Below the pieces are notes generated by a model, which saw nothing but the letters and a program-made list of their open reading frames with translations, did no database searches and was not told the DNA's origin. Position numbers and translations under genes: made by a program. Shown piece by piece: positions 26,091 through 40,069 of a stretch of DNA of 64,000 nucleotides. Source of the stretch: Camelus ferus (lineage: Eukaryota); assembly GCF_009834535.1 (NCBI RefSeq), contig NC_045696.1, positions 39,930,001 through 39,994,000 of the forward strand, written 5' to 3'. Position 1 is the stretch's first letter. Every line of letters begins with the position of its first letter.

Positions 26091-26470
26091 GACTAGGTTT
26101 TTGTTAAGGTAACAAACATCCCCCAAGTTTCAATAGATCAACACCACAAAGGCTTATTTCTTGCTCATGATTCATGTCTAGGTGCACAGGCTGTGTCTCC
26201 GGTCCCTGTTCACCTCTACCTGAAGACTCAGCATGACAGAACCACCAGAATGTGAGGCTGTGCCAAGAGCTACTGGCTGAGGAAAAGGGAATGTGTCAGA
26301 TCATCCACTCACTCTTAAAGCTTCCATGTGGAAGAGACCCATTAACGTTTCACTGACCAAAGCAATTCACAGGTCCGTGCCTAACTTCAAAGAGGGCAGG
26401 AAAGTACACTCCTACAAAGTAACTAGAGGGAGAGGGAACTGAATATTTGTGGACAGCATTAACCGGGCAA
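26090..26470 (-). mobile_element. Old MaLR (MLT1-like) LTR relic
   Basis: gtaacaaacatcccccaagtttcaa..caacaccacaaaggcttatttcttgctcatg..cactgaccaaagcaattcacagg..cctaacttcaa. Confidence 0.6.
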
Positions 26471-27929
26471 AGAAAATTTGAGATTCCTATCCCTATTAAA
26501 GTTATACTTAAGAGTATTTATATTAATAGTTTTCAGCCTGACAGTTAAGTAAATAGTAAGGTAATTTGCTGTGAGTATAGGAGGTGAAGACAACATGGGG
26601 CCCCTGAGAGTATTCAAAACATTTGGAACAGGTTGTCATATATAGGTAATTCAATACAGTGGTAATTTAAGAGAGAAAGGGATTTTGAGCAGTATTGAAG
26701 CCCAGGTGAAGTTAGCTATATATTCATAATACATCTAATCATTGTGGGATAGTCTCTAGTAATGCTTCAAATCTCCAGACAAACAAAATATATTTAGCTT
26801 TATAGGGTGACCAATAATAAAACCTACCACTAAACTAGAAGTAAAGACCATGCCTGAATTTGGATTATTGTTCTAATTTGAGATGCATTTTATTTTATTC
26901 ACACTGGCTCATACAATGTTTTGGACAGTTCAACATCATTTATGCTACTTTGAATAAATCCAAATGTAATGGGCTGAAACCTATGAAGAAAAGACTTGCT
27001 TGTGGCTTGGCTAGATGACCTGTCCATGAAATGCTACTGACAAAGATATAATTCTTGGCCTCCAACAAGAATATTTAAAATATTTTTTATCTTAAAATGC
27101 ATATGTGACAGTTTATATTGTTTCACCTCAAAGTTTATGAATGGTTTGGGAAATAAGTAATGATAAAAGAAATGATTATTTGCAGATTGAAGAGCAAAAT
27201 ATAAAAGATTTAAAAATTGGTAATTACTTGCACCAAAGGTGACAAGAGACAATTAGATTTTGTGGAATAAAATTACCTACTCCTTTGAAACAGTGGATCA
27301 GGGACAGGGTCAAGGTCAATTCCGGACTCAAGAAGGGCTGCCCTAGTGATAGAAAGCTTTGGTAGAATTCTGAGAGGTTGACTGGTAAATGTAGGAATAG
27401 TATACTGGCCAGTTGATGATAAAACTAAACCCCAAACCTAAAAAATGTTAACAGACAGCTGCTTAGCACTTCCCCTTCAGTGGTACCTTTGATGTGACCC
27501 ACATGACTATATTAAGTGGGGGAGAGTACTTAAGGGTCCTAGTCCTGTAACACCACCAGCCTTGTCCACCCATCTGCAAACCTCAGCCTTATTACCTTCT
27601 CCTCAGTAAAACCACAAGTAAGGTAGAGGCAACTGAAAGAGTAACTGCCTTCATAAAAAGCTTTTAAGAGGGCTGTACAGGGAGCTTATAGCACTTCTAC
27701 TGGAGGAACCTGTAAAAGCAGTTGACAGCCATCTTTACTGAAAGCTTTAGATTTCATTTCATAGATAGGCAGAGTTTATAAATCCAGTAAACTTTTGCTG
27801 AGTCCTGTCAGGGCTAAGAACAAGATTAGTCACACACAGGATGCACAAAGCCAAATAACAAGTAGTTGCTGTCCTTACAAACCTTATAACATAGCAAATG
27901 TTAGAAGCAATTGTAGGAACAGCATCTTA

Positions 27930-30900
27930 ATGTGGCAGGGGCAGTCATTACTGGTGCTTATGGAGGTGGTACATCAGAAGCAGTTCATGTCTCTGACTGA
28001 ATCCTGGGTTACCACAGCTCATGCCCAGATCTACACCAAGCACCTGCTACAGTTCCTCTTGCTGTGGCACTACTCCACTCTGGGGTTAGGGAGCTGGTGT
28101 TGGGAGAGGACACACTTAGAACTGAACCACCTCAGACACAACCTTCAAGGCTTCTGTTCTAGCAACATGGGACCTGCCCCTACCCCTGGGTGGCACTGTT
28201 GCCACTGAGTAGTGTTGGCCACTGAGTATAAGCCTCAGTTCATACCTAGTCCAGTCTAGCTCCTCCATCTCCAGTCCCACCTCCTACCAAGATGATAGCT
28301 GACAGCACATTCTGGGGGAAGATGTGACTTGAGCTCACATCACATCCTGCACTCCCACCAAAGCCACGGTGCATATGCAGACAGTATAGGGATGCTCCCA
28401 CACAAAAACATGCCTTCTACACCAGAATAGGTAACTGTATCACCTAATTTCATAGAGACAGAGAAAGTTAAGCAAAATGAGAAGACAGAAGAATTTGTTT
28501 CAATTAAAAGAACAAGAGAAACTTCTTGAAAAAACAACTAATAAAACAGAAATAAACACTTTACCAGATAGAGTTCAAAGCATTAGCAATAAAAATTCCA
28601 AGTGAATGAGGGAAAAGAATAGATGAGCACAGTGAGAATTTTAACTAGGATCTAGAACATATAAAAAAGAACCAGTCAGAACTGAAAAATTCAAAAATTG
28701 AAATGAAGAGCACACTATAAGGAATTAACAGCAGACTAGGTGATACAGAGGAATGCATAAGTAATCTGGAGGACAGAATAATGGAAATCATCCAATCAGA
28801 ACAGTAAAAAGAAAAAAATTAAAAATGAGAACAGTTTAAGGGACCTGCGGGACAACATTAAGTATACCAACATCCATATGATAGGTGTCCCAGAAGGAGA
28901 AGAGAGAGAGAGAAAAGGGTCAAAAATGCATTTGAAGAAATTTTGGTGGAAGAATTCCTGAACCTGAAGAAGGAAAAAGATGTCCAGGTATAGGAAACAC
29001 AGAGTCCCAAAAAATGAATACAAACAGAATCACACAAAGACTTTATCATAACTGAAATGGCAAAAATTAAAGATACAGAGAGAATTCTAAAGACAGCGAA
29101 AGAAAAACAAAGAGTTGTAATACACAAGGGAACCCCCATAAGGCTATCTGCTGATTCTTCTGCAGAAACTTGCAGGCCAGAGGGAGTAGCATGACATATT
29201 TGAAGTGCTAAAAAGGAAACACCAGCAACTTAGGCTACTCTATCCAGCAAGATTATCATTTAGAACTGAAGGACAGATAAAGAACTTATCAGACAAGCAA
29301 AAATTAAGAGTTCATCAATACTAAATTGACCCTAAAAAATGTTAAAGGGTCTTGGAAAAGATTACAATAAGAGATAAGTATTTAGAAAAATCCCAATAGT
29401 AAAGGCAGATCTATAGTAAAGGCTGAAGATCAACCACATAAATAAGCAAGTATAAAGATGAAAAGACAAAAAAGTATAAAATCAACTATAACTGCAATAA
29501 ACAGTGAAGGGATAAACAACATGAATATGAAAAATATGACATCAAAAACTCAAAATGTGGGGGACAGAGTTAAAAGGTAGATTTTTAAAAGAATGTCTTT
29601 GAACTTAAGTGACTTCCAGTTTAAAATAATAGATATTCTTATAGGTCAACATATAGGAACCCCATGGTAACCACAAATCAAAAACAAAAAACAGATTCAC
29701 TAAAACTAGAGAGAAAGGAACATAAGCATACCACTAAAGAAAATCATCGAACTACAGGAGGAAAAGAACAGAGAAGAGCTACAAAAACAACCAGAAAACA
29801 AGTAACAAAATGATAGTAAGTACATATCTATCAATAATCTCTTTAAATGTCAACGGAATAAATATTTCAATGAAAAGACATCGGGTAGCTTATTGGATAA
29901 AGAAACAAAACCCATTTATATGGTGCTTATAAGAGACTCACTTCAGAGCTAAAGATACGCACAGACTGAAAGTGAGAGGGTGGAAAAATATATTTTACAC
30001 AAATAGTAAGGACAAGAAAGCAGGGGTAGCAATACTCATATCAGACAAAATAGACTTTAAAACAAAGGCTATAACAAAAGCAGAAGACTATAACACTGAG
30101 GAAGCAAGGTGAAGATAACACAAAGAAATGAAAAGATATGCCATGTTAATTGACTGGAAGAAATATTGTTAAAATGCCCATAGTATCCAAGGCAATCTAC
30201 AGATTTAATGCAATCTCTATCAAAATACCCATGACATTTTTTTTTACAGAATTAGAACAAGTAATCCTAATATTTATATGTAACCACAAAAGACTCTGAA
30301 TTGCTAAAGCAATCTTGAGGGGAAAAAAACCAAAACAAAACTAAAGTTAGAGGTATCATGCTATCTGACTTCAGATTATACTACAAAGCTACAGTAATCA
30401 AAACAAAACAGAGAAAGCAACATGGATGGACCTGGAGATTCCCATTCTAAATGAAGTAATGCAGAAAGAGAAAGAAAAATATCATATGATATCACTTATA
30501 TGTGGAATCTGAAAGAGGACACAAATGAACTTATCTACAAAACAGAAACAGACTCACAGACATAGAGAATAAACTAATGGTTACCAGGGGGTAAAGTGGG
30601 TAGTAAGGGATAAACTGGGAATTAGAAATTTGCACCTCTTGGGGAATAATGGAAATATTAGCTGTCTTGATTGTGGTGGTGGTTTCACTGGTGTATACAT
30701 TTAATAAAATTCATCAAATTGTGCATCTGAAATATGCGTACAGGAATCATACCACTATAAAGGTGTTTGAAAAAACAAAAACAAAACAATGGAGAAAAAC
30801 AATCTCTTCAGCAAGTGGTGCTGGGAAAACTGGATAACCGCATGTAAATCAATGAAGTTAGAACATTCCCTCACACCTTACACAAAAATAAACTCAAAAT

Positions 30901-33735
30901 GGCTTAAAGACTTAAATATAAGACATGACATGATAAACCTCCTAGAAGAAATCACAGGCAAAACATTCTCTGACATAAATCTTAGCAATGTTCTCCTAGG
31001 GCATTCTAACCTGGCCATAGAAATAAAAGCAAAAATTAACAAATGAGACCTAATTAAACTTAGAAGCTTTTGCACAACAAAGGAAATCATAAGTAAAACA
31101 AAATAACAATCTAAAGAATGGGAAAAATATTTGCATATGATGTGACTGACAAAGGTTTAAATTCCAGAATATATAAACAGCTCATACAACTTAACAAGAA
31201 AACAAACAACCCAATACAAAAATGGGCAGAAGATCTAAACAAGCAATTCTCCAATGAAGACATACAAATGGCCAATAGGCACATAAAGAAATGCTCAATA
31301 TTGCTAATTGTCAGAGAAATGCAAATCAAAACTACAATGAGGTATCACCTCACATTCGTCAGAATGGCCATCATTAAAAAGTTCACAAACAATAAATGCT
31401 GGAGAGGGTGTGGAGAAAAGGGAACCCTTCTACACTGTTGGTGGGAATGTAATTTCTTGCAGCCACTATGGAAAACAGCATAGAGATTCCTCAAAAAGTA
31501 AAAATAGACTTACCATATGATCCAGCAATCCCACTCCTGGGCATATATCTGGAGGGAACTCTAATTTGAAAAGATACATGCACCTCATTGTTCATAGCAG
31601 TACTATATCCAATACCCAAGACATGGGAACAACCTAAATGCCCATTGACAGATGACTGGATAAAGAAGTTATGGCATATTTATACAATGGAATACTACTC
31701 AGCTATAAAAAATAATAAAATAATGCCATTTGCAGCAACATGGATGGATCTGGATATTGCCATTCTAAGTGACGTAAGCCAGAAAGAGAAAGAAAAATAC
31801 CATATGATATCACTCTTATGTGGAATCTTAAAAAAAAAAAAGAAGAAGACACAAATAAACTTATTTACAAAACAGAAACAGACTCACAGACATAGGAAAC
31901 AAACTTATGGTTACTGGGGGGAAGTGGGTGGGAAGGGATAAATTGAGAGTTCAAGATTGTGAAAATATTAACTAATATATATAAAATAGATAAACAACAA
32001 AGTTCTGCTGTATAGCCCAGGGAACTATATTCAATATCTTATCGTAATCTATAATGAAAAAGAATATGAAAATACATATGTATATGTATGACCGAAACAT
32101 TATGCTGTACATCAGAAATTGATGCACTGTAAACTAACTATACTTCAGTTTAAAAAAAGAAAGAAAAAAGAACCCCCCGAAAAAATAAAAACCAGCATGG
32201 TACTGGTACAAAACCAGACACATAGATCAAAAGAACAGAAAAGTGAGCCTAGAAATAAACCCATGCACCTATAGTCGATTAGTCTATGACAAAGAAGGCA
32301 AGAAGAGATAACGGAGAAAAGACAGTCTCTTCATTAAGTGGTGCTGGGAAAACCTGACAGCTACACGTAAAAAAAAAAAAAAAGAAATTAGAATATTTTC
32401 TCTAATTTCATGCCATATACCAAAGTAAACTCAAAATGGATTAGACCTGCAGCCATAAAACACCTGTAAGAGAATATGGGCAGTACACTCTTTGACATAA
32501 ATTACAGCAATATTTTTTGAAGCTGTCTTCTAATGCAAAAGAAACAAAAGCAAAAATAAACAAAAGGGACCTAATTAAACTTAAGCACTTACACAGAAAA
32601 GGAAACCAATGACAAAATGTAAAGACAACCTACTGAATGGGGGAAAATATATGCAAATGATATGACTGATAAGGGGTTAATATCCAAAATATATACATAT
32701 CTCATACTAGTCAAGATAAAAAAAAAAAATGAGCAACCTGATTAAACAATGGGCAGTAGACCTGAATAGACATTTTTCCAAAGAAGGTATACAGATGGCC
32801 AACAGGCACATGAAAAGAAGCTCAACGTTGCAAATCATCAGAAAAATGTAAATCAAAACCACCATGAGATATCTCACACCTGCAAAAATGGCTATCATCA
32901 AAAAGTCTACAAATAGCAAATGTTGGCAAGGATGTGGAGAAAAGCAGATTCTTACACACTGTTATTGGGAAGGTAAATTGATGTATTCACTAGGCAAAAC
33001 AGTATGGAGGGCTCTCAAAAAGTTAAAAATAGAACTACCATATGATTCAGCAATTCCACTCCTGGGAATATATTTGGAAAAAAATGAAAATATGAATTCA
33101 AAAAGATACAAGCACCTCAATGTTCATAGCAGCATTATTTACAATTGCCAAGTTTTGGAAGCAACCTAAGTGTCTATCAACAGATGAACAGGTAAAGAAG
33201 ATGTTATATACATAAAGAAGATGTATACACACACACATGCACAAATACACAATGGAATATTACTCAGCTATAAAAAAGAACAAATTCTGCAATTTGCAAC
33301 ATGGATGGACGTAAAGGGTATTATGTTTATTGAAATAAGTCAAAGAAAGACAAATACTCTATGTTATCACTTATATGTGGAATCTAAAAAAACAAAACAA
33401 ACGCATGAATATAACAAAATAGAAACAGACAGATATAGAGAACAAACTAATGGTTACCAGTGAGGAAATGGAAGTTGAGAGGGGCAAGATAAGGGTAGGG
33501 GACTAAGAGATACAAACTACTATATATCAAATAAATAAGTAACAAGGATATATTGGCATATATATCCAATATACAGCATAGGGAAACCTAGCCATTATTT
33601 TTTAATAACTTTAAATGGAGTATAACATATAAAAATATTGAATCACTATGCTGTACACCTGAAACTAATATAATATTGTAAATCAAATATACTTCAATGG
33701 ATAAATAAATAAATGAATAAATAAATAAATAAATG
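27930..33735 (+). mobile_element. Near-full-length LINE-1 with an RT deletion and a nested insertion
   Basis: 5' UTR-like region, disrupted ORF1 from about 28477, and ORF2 ATG at 29810 (MIVSTYLSIISLNVNGIN). Jump from EN to the post-RT region at about 30090-30110. Interrupted at YYKATVIKT (about 30405) and resumes with [12 protein letters not shown] at about 32195. 3' UTR and (AAAT)n tail run to about 33735. Confidence 0.9.
30787..32190 (+). mobile_element. Young 5'-truncated L1 (about 1.4 kb) nested in the older L1
   Basis: ORF2 C-terminal pieces (NLFSKWCWENW..; [51 protein letters not shown]), 3' UTR and A tail. Highly similar to the copy at 44654-45702. Confidence 0.9.
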
Positions 33736-33849
33736 TACAGTTATAGAACTCTAAAGCTAGAAAGAACATACCAAGAGCAACAAGTAAGGGAGAAACAGTG
33801 CCATGAGTTTCAGATAAAGCAATTCTCACATTAGTTGGGTTGATGGGCA

Positions 33850-34660
33850 GGATTTCACCACATTAAAAAGAGGTGTTATTTAAGGCAAAAGAAATGGTTT
33901 GAACACAGATGAAGGAGTATGAAGTAATTTCTGTAAACAGAATGTACCAGTTTGGCCAGAGAAGCGTGTGCTACTGAACTACAGGGGATAGGGCTGAGAA
34001 TGTTCTGAGGAGCTAGACTATGAAGAGTCCAGAATGCTAGGAGGTAGAGAATGTGTTATCCTGAGTTGACAATGGGAAGACACTCAAGGTTTTAGAAATC
34101 TTCCATGCCATGATCAAAACTGTGGGGAAGACATCACTCTAATTGTCATTCAGGTGGGTAAAGAATCGAAATCAAGGTAACTAATTAGGAGACTGTTTCA
34201 GTAGTGCCAGGTAAGATATAAAGTCTCGAGTAATATGGTGACAGAGGAATAAAAGCAACACCCAGATGTGAGTAGCAAGACTTGGCAAGTGAGTTCATAT
34301 GTAAAGAGGCGGAACTAAATTTTACTTTGATGGATTGAGGCAAGTAGGAGCTTTCAATAGCGCTACTAGTAAAAACAGAAGAATTACAAGAATAAAGGAG
34401 CAGGAAGCAGGAGACCCTAGCTGGTCTTTAATCCCAGATATACTGAGCAAGTCATTGAAATTCTCTGCGTCTTCTTGAACTTCTCTAAATTAAGACAGTT
34501 GAGATTATGAAGTAACTGCTAATAATCCATACAGCTCTATGAGTTGATATTTTGAGGAAAAAGGATGAGTTCATTTTGAAGTATCTTGGTTTTGAGATAC
34601 TTGTGGAGTATCCATCAGATGTGTCTAGGATCCAAATAAAACTTAAAATTTGGAATTAGA
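33850..34660 (-). mobile_element. L2 fragments (with a possible MIR piece)
   Basis: Purine-rich antisense L2-like text (gatgagttcattttgaagtatcttggttttgagatac..gatgtgtctagg). Confidence 0.5.
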
Positions 34661-35669
34661 AAATATAGAAGTGTAGACTACTTAAGATGCACTCAAGACC
34701 ATTCAGATCCTATTTTAATTTGTGCAAAATACTGTGGAAAACTATCCTTTTGGCAGAAACTGTACTTTTGAGTTGTATCCAAAAGTGTATTTCTTTTGGA
34801 AAAAAATGATGCAAATGTGTTAAACCATGTTTGAGTTAGAAACAGGTGAAAAAGTATTTTTTACTATTGTTAAAGGATCTGAAATTCCTTTTGGTGCATT
34901 GCTTAGAGGGAGAGTTTAAAAGTCAAAACTTCACAGGTGTCAAGTTATCACTAAGGAATTTATTACTTATTAATAAAATCATTGTTACCATTGAAAACAA
35001 TCTTGCACAGAAAGCAAGGTCATTTTTGTAAAACTGACTCAAATGGAACAATAGAACCTCAATTTCTTTGAACTTCACTGAGGTGAATGGATCAGCAGAC
35101 AGGGAGGAGAAATAGAGGGGGCATGAATAGGGAAACATGATGGAACTGAGAAAATACATTCTTCCTTTTTACGTCCCTCTGTGTTTATTAAAGAGGAAAT
35201 AAAGAGCAATAAGTTAAAATTACTCGGTGTTTAGGTTCCAGACATAAATACAGGGAGGCCAAGAACTGCAAAAAATCAAGTTTTCTTTTCACCATGGTGC
35301 ACATTCCTCAGCAGTTCATTTAATAGTCTTTAGAGAATAGTGTAAACATCAGAAGCACAGATCTAGCACTTTTTTACTTTACTGTAATTGCATTTAGAAG
35401 TATAATTTGTTTGTACACAAGCGTCCTTAGGTCAGTGTGTTAGTACATGGATTTGACTTGAAAGGTCCCAACTTTTGCAGATGTCATGATGGAGAAACCA
35501 GCTTCCTCTTCAAACTACCATGTATGTCAACAGTTCACATCACTTGGAGGGAGTGGGGAACAGTCCATCCAGATGGAGAGTTACGTAGAGATTCACAAAG
35601 TCTGTTTGTGTGTTCATCTAATGAGTTAGAATATCATTTATATTTTACTTCTACCTCTTTTTAATAGCT

Positions 35670-36190
35670 GGGCAGCCTTTAAGAAGGTCCCCAAAGATCC
35701 TCACCTACTGGTATTCATGACCTTGTATAATCCCCTCTCCTTGAGGGCAGGCTGGCTACCATGTCTAACAAATAGAATATTGCAATAGTGATGAATGATT
35801 AGGTGACAGTGAAAGACTGTGACTTCATTCTTGGGCACACACTCACCCCCTCCAACTCTCTCTCAAAGATGCCAACTGTCATATTGTGAGGTGTCCAAAG
35901 GAGGAGTCTGTGTGGCAATATCTGTAGCCAACAGTTAGTGAGCACCTGACGCCTGCCAACACAGCTATGTGAGTGAGACTGGAAATGGATCCTCCCCCAG
36001 TGGAGCCCCAAAATGATGGCAGCTGCTGCTAACACCTTGGTTGCAGCCTCGTGAAAAGCCCTGGGCCAGAGGCACCCAGTTCAACCATGCCTGGAGTCCT
36101 GGTCTCCAGAAACTGACATGGTAAATATGCATTATTTTAAACCACTAAGTTTTGGGGTAATTTTTTACACAGAAATAAAACCCAATACGT
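35670..36190 (+). mobile_element. MaLR MLT1-type LTR
   Basis: gatcctcacctactggtattcatgaccttgtataatcccctctcc..ttttaaaccactaagttttggggtaattttttacacagaaata..aatac. Confidence 0.8.
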
Positions 36191-38553
36191 GTTCTTGTTA
36201 CGAAAGACTGGTGAATTGACCAAGAAAAAGTAAGAGAGTGATTTTTTTTTAAAGTCAAATATGCTTCTGAAAGACCATATGGTTTATCCCAAGAACAGCA
36301 AGGATTTGTAAAGACTCTATCTTAAGTGAAAAACAAGTTTAGTGATACAGATCTTTTCCTTTAGAGTCAACGTTACGCCTTGTGGCAGTCAGATTTGATG
36401 TCTGTTCTAGCTCCTGGAGAAAGATCATTAGGAGCCTTGTAGGATCACCAGGAATAGTACATACCATGCCATTTATTCTCCATCCTTTCCCTATTGTTTA
36501 AACAATCTGAGTATATAAATATGACACTGTATACAAATTGCTGATACTGTGTGTATTATTTATGTGCACCTGAATTCTCTTTGCTAGTGTTAAGGAGCTG
36601 ATATACTATCAATCTATTATACTATATACTAATCCAGTATGTTCTCCTCAGCATGCCTCCTCTACTTTGATACCACATTCTTGATATAAGTCACCAACTG
36701 GTAACACTGAATACCCAAGGCTTTGTAAATTTCAGTTTCAGTTTTATATTGATTTTTTTGCATCATATTTATTATACTTGAATCCTTGCCTTAAGGTAAT
36801 TTTCTTCAGACTGCTCACTAGGTCTCCTCTGTAAATCTTGGAATTATCATAATAATGGACCAAGGGATGGGACCCAGGCCTCAGATTCATAAAGGTATTT
36901 GAGATTTAAACTTTTAGGTAATCTTCAAATGAACTTATAAATACACTCATCGTTCAACGTGGGACTTGTGCTCATTACTGAGACTTATTTCCTGGAGCAT
37001 ACTATGGATAAATATTTACCATAACATAATTTTCGTATGAGTATTGCAATTACACTACATAGCACTTTTGCATTAAAAGATTAAATATTTTTAAATATTC
37101 TATAATTTTGAGAACAATGTTTCAGTATTTTCATTTTTTAAATATATTGGAAGTCTCAGAAAATGGGAGTATCCTGGGCTATTTGATATTTGGTAGTCTG
37201 CAGACAGATCATGACAAATTCTTAAGTGTGATGCAGCATGTGGCCTTTCCTTGTTCTCTTTTGCCACTTTCAAAAAGAAAATAGGGGATAAAATTGGGGG
37301 GAAAAGAAACAGTAGCTAAAAGGGTGCTTGCCAAGTAAAAAGTATGCATCCACTTTCAATACTCTTAAGAGCTAAGGTAACCTGTTTATGAAGATTTTCT
37401 GGTTTTTTTCAAGAAAAAGCTTTATGAAGTCCTCAGCATTTTCTTGGTATCTCTCAGCTAGTCCTTCTTATACTGAATTATAATTTTAGGTGAAATTACT
37501 GATCCACTTCACTGTCCCCCTTCCCATGTCAGACTCTGTACTCTTCAAGGCAAAAATATGTGTCATCCTTGCTTATATCCGAGCCCCTACCCCAACCACA
37601 ATGCCTGGCATGAAGAAGGCACTCTAGACACCGGTGTTGAAGGGAAAAATATGAACGAAGAGGACTGTTCCTTCTTTTTGTGTACTGGCATGTCAAGAGA
37701 ACTTAACATTCTGTGTTTGTTGATTTGTACAATGCATCTACCAAACAATCTATTTCATGGCAGATATGCTGGGTGTCTAGGACATCCATGCACTGTGACA
37801 AGCAATGTATGAGTTACAGAAAGCCAGAAGATGAATGTCCTGTTTCCAAGGAGCTTGCATTCCAATTAGTAACTCTGATATCCGAATTGAAAAAACAAGT
37901 TTCTATTTGTCACTTAGGTACCTAATAGGCACCAGTATGACCAAGAGAACAAATACTTATCGTATCCACTAGTGAAAGAGGCCCCTTCTACCCTTTTTAA
38001 CCAAAAACTTGCAGTGAATTTTCCATATGCACTTCTTTTATTTTTCTCTTGGTACAGAGTTCCAGTAAACATACAAAACCTCTTTGAAGAAAAAAAAGGT
38101 AACGAAATTTATGTAGAAATTTACTTAATCCTAAGTGATCAGAGACAAAAAACCCTTTCACCTAACTCAAACCACATAAAGGACTTTCAAAAACATTTGA
38201 GCATTCCTGGGCTCTGTTCCCTCCACATGCTCTACTAGCCAGACAAGGAAGTACCTCGTTCCCTATGTGAAATCTCTTCTGTTGGACAATTAGTTCCAGG
38301 TCTTGGGATCTCATTTCCTAAGGGCCTGCCAGTGACCTTCTCTTAAAAACCATTAATTCTTGTGAGATGCTGGCCAGGTGAAGTTTGGTCTGGCTCCTGG
38401 ACAAGGGTGATCCTGGGCAGTCCTGTGAAGCCTAAAGCAGTATTACACATCGCCTTGCAGTCGGAACATTTTTGGCCCTCCAGTGACTGGCTCAGGGAGG
38501 TAAAAGGACTGGCTGAAGCATTGCTGTGTAAGTCATAACTCTATAATCATAGT

Positions 38554-38596
38554 TGTGTGTGTGTGTGTGTGTGTGCGCGTGTGTGTGTGTGTGTGT
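38554..38596. repeat. (TG)n microsatellite
   Basis: Directly visible in the sequence. Confidence 0.95.
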
Positions 38597-39699
38597 TTAA
38601 AGAATTTGGCTTTGGGGTGGCAGGCAGCAGTGGTAAGCCCTTCCAGGGAGTTTTTATGACCCTTGCCAGGGTTATTTATACTCGATGAAATGGTTCCTTG
38701 AGCTCGGCTCACTGAATGGTCTCCCATCAATACACCCAAGCCCCATCTAAAATCGAATCAAACCACAACACCTATGTCTCTACCCTCTTTCCCTGAACAG
38801 CTTTAGTTTTATATGGTTACCTTGGAACTTCTCTGGCCTTCCCCTTAGAACAGATCAACACTTATTGACTAAGGCTGGTACTTTGTTCTAGGGAAAAGAA
38901 AAGGTCAAGAGAAGTGAGGAACATTTTCTTTTTGACTATCAGCTAAGGATCTCCATTTTACTTCACTTAATATATTACCTACCTATCTAACAAGGGAAAA
39001 ACACACATTCTGAAAGGTGTACATTGGTGATGCACTGGGCTGTGGCTTTCTGCTTTTTATTGGTGGAGTGGGAATTTAAAGGAGAAAGAGGGACTGAGAT
39101 GGGAAGCAATGATGATAAATGAAATAAAGGAATAACTAACTTTAAGCACAACTTTAAGAAGTGTGCATCTCTGGCTTTTGTACATTTATTGGAAGGGAAT
39201 ATTTCCTGACTACTCTGGGCACGTGTGGCAGAGATACTATTTCATATTTCATACAGATGCTATATTTCATTTACTCGATCAGTCAGTTAATGTCCACTGA
39301 GTACACTCCAGAGAGGCACTGGAGGACTGGGTCCTTGTTTTCCCCCAGGACCAGATTTAGGTCCTCTGTGTGGTAGATTTCCAAGTCCATCTCAGCGAAC
39401 TCGCATTACTGCGGGAGTGAGCTGGTCTCTTGGGTCTTCTCTTCACAGGAGTGGTTCAGAGTGGGACTCCTAGGCTTCCCTGGAATAAAGTCCATGTCTA
39501 CAAAGAGTTCCGGGATTGTGGAGGCCTCAGTGGTCTCAGAGACATGCTGCATCCCTCACCATCTTTCTTTGTTTTAGGTCTCAGTCCAGGCAGGGATTCT
39601 GGGGAAGCCCATTTAAATGTCTTGATGAAACTCTTGAAATGCTTAATTTCTAGAGAAGAAGCACTTGCTTACTCTGTGACTTAGGCAGAAACTATAACT

Positions 39700-39900
39700 A
39701 TCACTACTACCACTGCTTGCTAATAACATCTGTTCCATGCCATTTTTTAATACATATGAATAATCTTCACAACCAAGATCAATGTTCTCATCTGTTTTAA
39801 TGCATTAGAAAATTGAGGCTCTAAGAAAATAAGTAACTTTCCAAAGGTGTTAATTAGCTGTTAAGTGGTAGAATCAAAATTTGAACCCTCATCTTTCCAT
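39700..39900 (-). mobile_element. MIR SINE
   Basis: gaaaattgaggctctaagaaaataagtaactttccaaagg..gtggtagaatcaaaatttgaaccc. Confidence 0.7.
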
Positions 39901-40069
39901 GAGGGAAACTGATATCAGTATTTTTTTTACTCTAAAGTTATAAATTATTCAATATATGAATTATTAACCTTTACAGTTTGCTTAATTAATAACTCACTTA
40001 GAATTTAAGATTTCATGTTTTTTATAATTTGAAACTTCTTAAATAAACATACATTTTATATGTGGTCCA

